Shown here: piece after piece, positions 9,801-18,800 of the stretch | Position numbering within the stretch: position 1 is the stretch's first letter | How the letters are laid out: the number at the start of each line of letters is the position of its first letter | NCBI GenBank assembly: GCA_043803685.1 | Contig: JAZDJU010000067.1 | Location: forward strand, 1 to 22,927 | Source of the DNA: Candidatus Omnitrophota bacterium | GTDB lineage: Bacteria; Omnitrophota; Omnitrophia; Omnitrophales; Aquincolibacteriaceae | DNA: 22,927 bases | Direction of reading: 5' to 3' | Notes under the pieces: generated by a model | What the model saw: only the letters and a program-made list of their open reading frames with translations | The model's database searches: none | Told to the model about the DNA's origin: nothing | Position numbers and translations under genes: made by a program

Positions 9801-12800
9801 GATGTGCATGAGACCGCGCTGAAGATTCTTCGGGGCATGAATTTCGGGAAATATGTATTGTCCGATGGCTCTCTTGCGGCGGAATACAATTTCGGGACTC
9901 GATCCCTCGAAGGAAAAAGCGGCCACATGATGCTTTGGACCGAATGGGCCATTCCCGCCCTTTGGGGATATTTAACGGGGCAGGTCCCTGAAAAAGCATG
10001 GCTTTCATTTCCAAGCCCCACTTTTGTCTGGAATTCGCCCGCGGGGCCCCTCGACTTGCCCGAGGGATTTATTGATTCTGTGCATGAATGGTGGATCCTG
10101 CAATATCTCCACAAGACGATCATGAAATCCGAACTGGCGCCGCTTTTGCGGAATTTCTTTTACTATCACGCGACGCACGCACTGAAACACGATATGCCGG
10201 GTTTTGTCGCCACTGAATATTGGCAGGGAGGCTACACCCAAGGCGGTATCTGGTCTGAAAGGCCTGCGGGATCTCCGGCCGCCAGTGTAGGAACCAACCC
10301 CAAACACGAAGATATGGCAACACCCTATGCCACGGCCTTTCTGGCGCTTGTGGCTCCTGAGCCCGGTGCAGCATGGCTGAGCTATTTATTCAAACAAAAG
10401 GACATGGTGAGCGAATACGGTCCCCAGACGGCTTTTCGCCGTGCCGGCGGGCCCTCATGGATGATGTCCGCTGATAATACCTTTGGAACCCTTAACGCGG
10501 CAGGTGAACTCTATCTTCTTCTGAATAAACAGCCCGGCGGCGTCAATGATGCCATTCTCAAAACGCTGGAAAAATATTATGGGGTTTCGGAAGCGCAAGT
10601 GATCGAAGCGTTTAATCAACATGCGCGTGAGATCAAAAAAAGACTCGGGCGAGATTTCAAAGCGATCGAGGCTGCGCGTTTGCCTGGGCCGCCAACGCCC
10701 GGGAATTTCAGTTATACGCCGACAGAAAAAAAGATTTTTAAAGTTCAGGACTTGAGCCTCGCCGATCAGCTGATCGATGTCTGGCATACGAAGAATAATA
10801 AGACGGATTGGGACGCTCATACCCAGACGTTGACCGTCCGCTTCGATTTTTCCAAAAGTCTGGACCGTTATATGTATACGGGTCGGATGATCAAGGCGGT
10901 GCCTATTGACGGTTTGAACTATGTTTCCTTGTGGATCCCGGCTGATTACAAAGGCGGGACATGGCAGATCGAACTCAAAGACGCGGGCGTTGAACTTGCG
11001 CCGCGTTTGAACGTTTCGTCTGTTCGGGAGGGGCGACTGAGTCCCGATAAAAAGTGGAGAGAGGTTGTTTTTAAGACCGATTGGAAAGCTTCTTATCGCG
11101 GGATCGGAGCGGAACTGAATTATATCGCGTTTTCAGCCAATGATACTTCGTGGCATGGGACTCAGGGTGAGATCGTTTTTAAAGGGATGCAATTTCACAA
11201 GAAAGACCCCGGCACCGGCGAATCGATCTCTGCCCCTGCGACAACCGGAGCCCGCCTTGGAACAGCGCCCGAGGTAACCGGAAAAACTTCTGTCAAACAA
11301 AGCGTTCCGCTAGCTGAGATATCTTTAAATGTCCAAACGTTCCAGAAGGCGCAGAAAGCCGGGATCAACGATGTCGCGAAATTTCTGAGGGCGTACTTTT
11401 TACAGAAATACAAATATGAGCTTTCGGACACGGGGAATGTGAATGGCTGGGTGATGGGAATCGCGGGGTGGTACACGAATAGCGCTGATCATGGCGGCGA
11501 TCTGAGTAACCGGTCTTTCTCGGAATTCGAAGGCGAGATGGCGCGGAAGATCGAAGAGGCGAGAGCGAAAAACTATGGCCAGGCGAGGTCTGAAGTTCGT
11601 TCGGCGAGTTTTTATGCCGGGGTGATTGGCTTGGTCATGATGATAACGACAACGGTTGCTCAGGGTGCTGATTCGAGGCAGTTTCTTGAGGAGCGGCTTA
11701 AGGACCCGACTTTGCCTGCCGCGACGCGCCAGGTTCTTGAACAGGAATACACGCGGCTTTTAGAACAGGCGCCTGCGAAGTCCAATGCTCCTGCAACGGA
11801 GATATCTATCAATGCTCAAACGTTCCAGAAGGCGCAGAAAGCCGGGATCAACGATGTCGCGATATTTCTGAGGGCGTACTTTTTACAGAAATACAAATAT
11901 GAGCTTTCGGACACGGGGAATGTGAATGGCTGGGTGATGGGAATCGCGGGGTGGTACACGAATAGCGCTGATCATGGCGGCGATCTGAGTAACCGGTCTT
12001 TTTCGGAATTCGAAGGCGAGATGGCAAGAAAGATCGAAGAAACGAGATCAAAAAACTATGGCCAGTCGAAGTCCGGTTCTGCGCCTGCAGCGTCCATTGC
12101 ACCCAAGCCGTCTGCGACGCCTTCTCAAGCCCGTGATCTGAACGGGGCGAAGGCCGCGATCACAACGGATCTCCAGTCAAAGGGGTTTGCGATCCAAGAC
12201 CAAAGCTGGCTTTCCGGTATCGCTCCGTTTTACACGGGCAATCGACCGCTTGAGGATCTTCAAGGTGAATTAACACCTCAAAAGCTGGATCGGTTGGTTC
12301 GGGATGGAATGATCAGGCCTTTGTCTTCCCAAACTCCGTCTGCCGTACAGCAGCCGGCGGCTGTTGCGCCGACCTCGTTTTTTTCAGCGAGTTTGGCTTC
12401 TCGCAATATTATTGCCTCCAAATTGTTCGGCTTACATCCCGAATCGCAGGGGGATAGGGGGACGGTGGAGGTCACTTCAGAAGGCATTGCGGCCACATTG
12501 TCCTACGGTGGTTGGGCCGGCCTGAGATTTCCGTTGCAACGGATCGGGGACCTGATCCCGGCGGGCACTCAATATTTGATGGTGGAAATGCATACGGCGC
12601 CGCATGGATTTTTCAGTCATGGGAAATACGGTTATCCGGAAGGGGCTTATTTTGAATTCAAACGCGACAGCGCCTATGTGGTAGGGGGCGGAAAATTAGA
12701 AACAGCGGCTGGATATCATGCGGAATATGCCGACGGTGCCCGGGTGACGCGCTACTTTATTCCAGTCAAGACATTCGATCCGCAAAGCAGTATGAACTTT

Positions 12801-15800
12801 TTCGGGATCTCGACGCACGGGTTTCATGGCAATACGGGCATGCGTGTGGAAGTTCCGGCCATCGTTCCTCTCACGGGCGATGAGTACAAGAAAATTATGG
12901 CAGAAGAGATCGAAACCAGTTTTATCGGATCGGGGACAAGCAAAGTCACCATAGCGAAAGGTTCTACCGGTCGCTCGGAGGTGAGGGCGGGCTCTCTGCG
13001 TTGGCCTGTGGATGGGGATCAGAATTCAGCATGGGCTCATCTATCAGAGGAAGAATATCTTTCTTGGGGATCTAAGCTCTTCAGCGGATTGCGTAGGCTG
13101 CAATTGAACCCGTTGGAAATTGGATGGCTGAAAACGACCGGCTTTCCATCAGCGGTTAAGCGAATTGCGATTGGGCAATTGCATAGTTACTCGGTTCCGT
13201 ACGGCATGAAGCTAAGTGTTGACTATCGCAATGCGGCAACGGGGGCTTGGGGAACATTTGTCTTTGAACAGCCGGGCGAAGACCAGTGGGTTGCTTTGCC
13301 GACAAAAGCTGAAACTGTGGTTCAAGTGCCGGATAAGAAAAGCATTCCGGCGCTTGTCCGGCAAGTGCTTCTGTGGCGAAAAACAATGATCGAGCAGTTT
13401 GCTGCGGCGCGCGGGGACGCGGCACAGGGGATCGTCTATTCGGACGGAAGACGCTTTGCCCAGATCAGGGATCTTTCTTTGGCGCAAGAGCTCCTGGCGC
13501 AAGGCATCCTGGCTTTTTATGACAACAGACTCGTACTCGTGGGTGTCACTCCTGACGATTTTGCAGATCGTGGTGGTGTTCAGGTTATCCGCTCGGAGAT
13601 GCGTAAGCCATTGAAGCAGGCGCGCCTAGGTCTATGGCAAAAGGTCCCTCGTACAAGAAATGGGAAAGTCGTTCAAGAGTTCTGGTGGCTCGACGCTGCA
13701 AGAAAGTGGCTTCCTTTGACTTTGGGCGTACTGGCGTTTGTGTCCGTGGGGTTTGTTACTCTCAAGTATTATGTTGACGTACAAGAGCAGCAGCATTATG
13801 CGGTTACCGTGCCAGTGAATCAGCAGATAGCCGAGGCGCTCGAGATCCCCTATGCCGATTCTCCTCTGTTCGACAAGTTGCATTCTCTTTTTCCTGAAGC
13901 CCTCCCGGAACTAAAGGCGAAAGGTGTTATCTCAAAGGATGAAGAGGAATCTTATAATGTTGTGGAGTTTGCGAAATATGTGAAAGATTTTAGTGAGGAA
14001 AATCCTGATAAGCTTTCAGACTCACTTGCTCTGAAGATCCTGGACCTTTCCGCATGGATCGCGCAGTTGCCGAGGTCCGAAATCCGCTCCACAAACCGCT
14101 CGGAGATGAGGGGGCAGGGGGGCTTGGAGAGGCTTCGATCAATTCAGCGTTCGGTCGCGAATTGGTATAAGCGGTGGACGAAGTCTGTGGTGAGTCTTGA
14201 TCGTACGTGGCGTAATCCTGAGGTGGTGTCCTATGAGCCGGCTTGGTATGCTCCGGCGCGGGAGTTTGGAAAGAGCATGAGACGTCTTGCGCTGGGAGTC
14301 GCATTGATCGGTCCTCTCGCGTTTTTTGTGATGTTCCCTGCTGTCCAGTACGGTTTGGATGCTGTGGGGACATACATAGCAAATGTCGAAGAGGAATTGC
14401 GGCAGGCAGAGGAAATCAATCAAATGCTGGAAAAGGAGCTCAATATTCCACCGAGTAATCCGGAACTATCCAGCTCTTTTCTATCTCTCTATATGCAATG
14501 GCTTGTAGAAGTAGAAGAAAATTACAATTTCCATGAGAATGAAACGCTTTACGGCTTCTTAGTTTTTCTAAGCGGTTTAGGGAACGAGAAGATCTTTAAA
14601 CAGACGAAGGATGCTGGGTATTCGGATGGATTTTTAGGTAGGGCGCGCTTGTTGTGGCTGCAGTTGGCTGATTCGAAGGGGAAGGCGATTTTGGAAGGGC
14701 TTGCGAGGAAAGCCGAGCTCGAAAGCTATGTCGGCCAGAAGGTTAATGTTTGGTATCTGTCTGATGGAAGGGAAGCGACCTGGAGGTTGGGAACCAGACC
14801 GGCCGATGCGGATCTTGTGGTCGGAACGCTTATTCAGATCAGTACAAATGAGATCGTGGTGCTGAAAGCTGATGAGACCCTTCAGGTGATACCGAATAGA
14901 TCGCTTTTCGATGTGAAGCCGGTGTCGCCGGATGGATTGCTTAAGATGGTAGCTTCCCGCTCGGAGATGCGGTTGACGTCAGGGGCCATCTCAAGGATGC
15001 AAGAGCGTGTGGAAAAGGGGCTGGATCGGTGGTTGCAGGCGCAATCGCATCTGGAGAACCCTGCTCCGGAAGTCCGCCGGCAGCTTCAGCAGCAAGCTTT
15101 TGCGCATTTCGGATTTTCCTGGCAAGGTATTTTGAACAGGGGTTTGAATGATCCTGAATCGCAGGAGTTGAAACCTGAAATGCTTCGCTCTGGGGATGTT
15201 CTTTTTGCGCGTTCTCGTGAGTCGAAACAGAATGCGGTCTTGGTCGTACAAAATATTGAAAATGATGGCAAAGGCCAGTTTGTGAAATGGACTTTGGGGG
15301 GTAAGAAGGACGGCGCTTATTTGCATGATCAGGAGTTTTTTGAAGGGGCTCTTTCGGATTTTCTCGTTAAGGATGTATACCGGTTAAATAGGGTCGTGAG
15401 GGATATTATTAGCGGAATTGTCGGTCCCGGTAGTCCGCATATTCTTCTTCAGAATGTTCTCGTCGAAACTATTCTTGGCACAGGAAATCTTGAGGCCATG
15501 ATATCGCTCGTAGAAAAGCGAGGAGGGCAGGAGCGAGTTACAGAGCTTGCTAAGCTTTCGGCGTCCGCGGAAAAGACGAATGAAGGAGGAGAAGTTTTAA
15601 CTTTGGACTCTCTCTCAAAAAGCCTTGATAAACAAGTCGAAGAGTTGTTTGGGTTGCAGGCTATTAAGCAGAGGAATTCTCTCATAGAGAGACAGGACAA
15701 AGATAGAGAGTATAAGGATAAAGTATTGAGGAGCGAAGGTGCAGAAAGGGACAGATCCTATGATGTGCTTCAAAACACCTCTGACGACATCGGCGCCTCC

Positions 15801-18800
15801 TTGGTGAAGCTTCAGGAGTTTATCGGGAATTTGTCTGCTGAGAATTTGCGAGTTGAATTTGAAGTCTTAAAGGGGGATCGCAGTGTAGAAATAGTCCGGG
15901 ATCTTCAGGAGATCTTCTCGATTCTGAGTACAATGCGGGGCATTGTTGCGGGCGTGCCGAAAGAAATAAAGAAAATGGATCAGCTGAACCAGAAGAGGGG
16001 AACTTCCGCTTTGAAGCCGGTCGTGAGTAATCTGGAGGGACTCCAGGCGGAACTCAGCGCTTTTGGTAAAGTCTTGTCCAGGGCTCTTGCGGGTCTTCAG
16101 GCTTTTGATCCGGACGTTGAACAGCTGACGCCAACGACTCTGGAGCAAATCGAGGCGGCGCTAAAGGCTGTTGGGGAAATTGATGCGGTGCTGAAAGCCT
16201 TGGGACCGAATCTTCTGGAGTGGCGCGTCAAGGGTGTAGCATTTAATGGAACGATGAGCGTCTTAGAGTATGAGCTGCGGAAAGTTCTGCTCGCTTCTTC
16301 CCGCTCTGAGATGCGGGCGGAAGTGGTGGAAGGGCAGGATGTGAAGGCGACGATCGAGCGGCGTATCCAAAACGCGAGCCAGAATCTGCTGTTTGGAGAT
16401 TTGATTCCTGCCAATGCTCCACTGATTTCGGCTCTTAAGGTTGCAAAATTTAACGATTGGAATTCTGTTTCAACTCATGTGAATAATGCGATTGTGAAGT
16501 TGGAACCCTTCCGAAATTCGACAAACATGACGATTCGGAATTCGGCTCGGGCAGCGTCGAGAGATTTGCAAGAGGCTCTACCCTTAATCGATCAGATGCG
16601 TTCTGAGGCGAGGGGGAACGCTGTGATGACTGATGATGAAGTGATGAATGCTTTGCAGGGGCTCACGGACCGGGTAGCAGCGCTTACGACGCCCGAATTT
16701 ACCGCAAAATATTTTAACGATCCCAAGGGGGATGCAAATGTCAATCGTTTTACCCAGAATCTCAAGGCTGCGGAATTGTCTTTGAGGTTTGCGTTGCTGC
16801 GGCTTGACAAGGGTGAGCTAGTGGATGAAGTTGTTCGGGCTCACGGGCCCGAGACTCCCTTGTATCTGGCGATGAAAAATCTCACAGCGGCGTCTGTGGG
16901 AGTGTCTCGTTCCTTTGGGAGAGTAGCTTATCGTTTTTCGGAGGCAAGAAAAAATGGCAGAGTAGTGGGTAGCTTGGGTTACACCGGTTCGCTGGTCGAA
17001 GGTCTGACAAGAAAAACGGGTCTCAGGCCTGACGCCCAACTCATGGAAGAATATTTTGTAACGACGGAAGGTTTGAAGGACGAGATTCTTGCGGTAAAGA
17101 ACAGTGTCCGTTCGGAGGTAAGGGCGAATCTGGTGGGTGATCCTATGCACATCGCCAGTTTCTACTATGCCATCGATCCGGCAAAAGATCTTGCTGAGCA
17201 GAAGTCTGAAACAGAGGCCTTTCGCCAAGCGCTTCTCCAAGGTTTGGAGGCGACTCAGAATGATGCTCGTCAGTCTGGAAGGTCGGCAGACTCTTTTGAG
17301 GTTGAGCTGTTTACTTCGGTCATCACAGAAAATGTCCCGCAAACAGACGAACAATTTTTGTCATATCTGCGTTCCGCGCTGGACTTCATTTACCAATACA
17401 ACGGTACCTATGAGCTTATTTTGCTAAACAAGTCACTGAGGGATATTTTTGAAAGTGCAACTGAATATGAAGACGCAGCGTTGGCGAACGAGCATTTGAC
17501 GAACATCGAGAACATCTGGGCCTTGCAGCACAGTGTGTATGTCGCGTCAGCCGTCAGGTTTGTTGCGGATTATGAAAGAAAGCGCGGTTCTACTTCTCGC
17601 TCCGAAGTGAGGACGCCTGAGGATGATATTCGTGGTTACATCGCGAGCGCGTTAGAAGATTTGGAAACTGTTGTTTATCTGAAATATCAGCAGAAAGTAA
17701 GTGAATTGAAATGGGGGCCCTTAGCGTCTGCGCAGAAAGCTGCGAAAGCTGGGGATTGGAATAGTGTGACAAAATATGCGAAAGAGGCGTCAGACATCTT
17801 GTTGGGGGTGGCGAATGATATGAGTGCCAACGTCAATGCCCGGGGGGCGGCTGTTCTTGTGAGGCGTGATCTGGTCCAAGCTCAAAGAGTGATCGCGAGG
17901 ATGAGCCATCCAGCAGAAGGAAGGGCGGGAGGGGCTGAGCGGGCGACCCTTCTTGATGATTCTGTCGCTTCGGAGATCCTTATGCGGATCAATAATGCCG
18001 CGCTAAATTTGAAGGACGCTTCACTTGAGCCGTATAAGCAGGTGCAACTCGACCCTGCGGTTCGGGCCGCCAAGGAGAAAAAATGGGGCAGGTTGGTGGT
18101 TTTTGCCGAATGGGCCACCGGTCAATTGCAATCTTTAGCGCCAGGTAATGAGCAGGTAAAATTCGCGCAGGAGGATCTTCAGGACGTAATCTCCTTGATC
18201 GATCCCGACCGCTCCGGGTCGAGTCAGCAGCTTAGTGTCAAAAGCGCGATCGCTGCGGTGGAAGCTGTTCAGAGAAGTCTCCCCAGTAAATTGGAGCCGC
18301 TTGCGGGAGTTGGCGAAGACGCTGGTGCGAAAAACGGCGATGTTTCTCTCAAGGCACTGGATCTGACCGAGATAAAGGGTGCGGCTGTTGGAGGGATCGG
18401 TACTGACATCGATGATGTTGAAGCCAGCATCAGGTTTTTGGCGGAAAAACTCGATCGTCTGCGTGAAGTGAAAGGCTATAGACCTAGTAATGTCGAAAGC
18501 GCTGTAAAAGCTCTTCGCGCTATTGCCAACGATCTACGGGCCACACCTCGTTCTGAGGTGAGGGGAGGGCTTGCAAATGATATTCATGAATTGATGAACA
18601 TTTGGAATGATTTCGGTGGCTATGATTTCTTCCCGGCAGGTTTGCCGTTGCCTGAAGATTTTCTGAAGGCATATCGAAATGTTCTCGGGCAGCTCCGGAG
18701 TCTGGATGGCGTTTTGCGCGATGAGGCGGAACACGCAGGATTTTTAAATCTTTTAGATGAAACTATAGAAAGTCTTCAGATGCAAACTAAGGGGGTAAGA

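Noticed and set aside
11316..12065. Near-identical repeat as a diversity-generating retroelement TR/VR pair
   Set aside because: There are only two core mismatches, not an adenine-specific pattern. Both copies are coding, and no reverse transcriptase is present.
6495..12986. GGAGGTGA inside the RSEVR codons as internal Shine-Dalgarno sites giving separate translation starts
   Set aside because: Only the 8307 copy has a suitably spaced in-frame GTG (8322). In the others the ATG/GTG abuts or overlaps the GGAG. Six of the 18 copies use non-start codons at that position.
15729..15743. RSEGA (also LSEFR near 4344) as additional motif copies
   Set aside because: Each lacks one of the invariant Arg residues and is not at an evident module boundary, so neither was counted.
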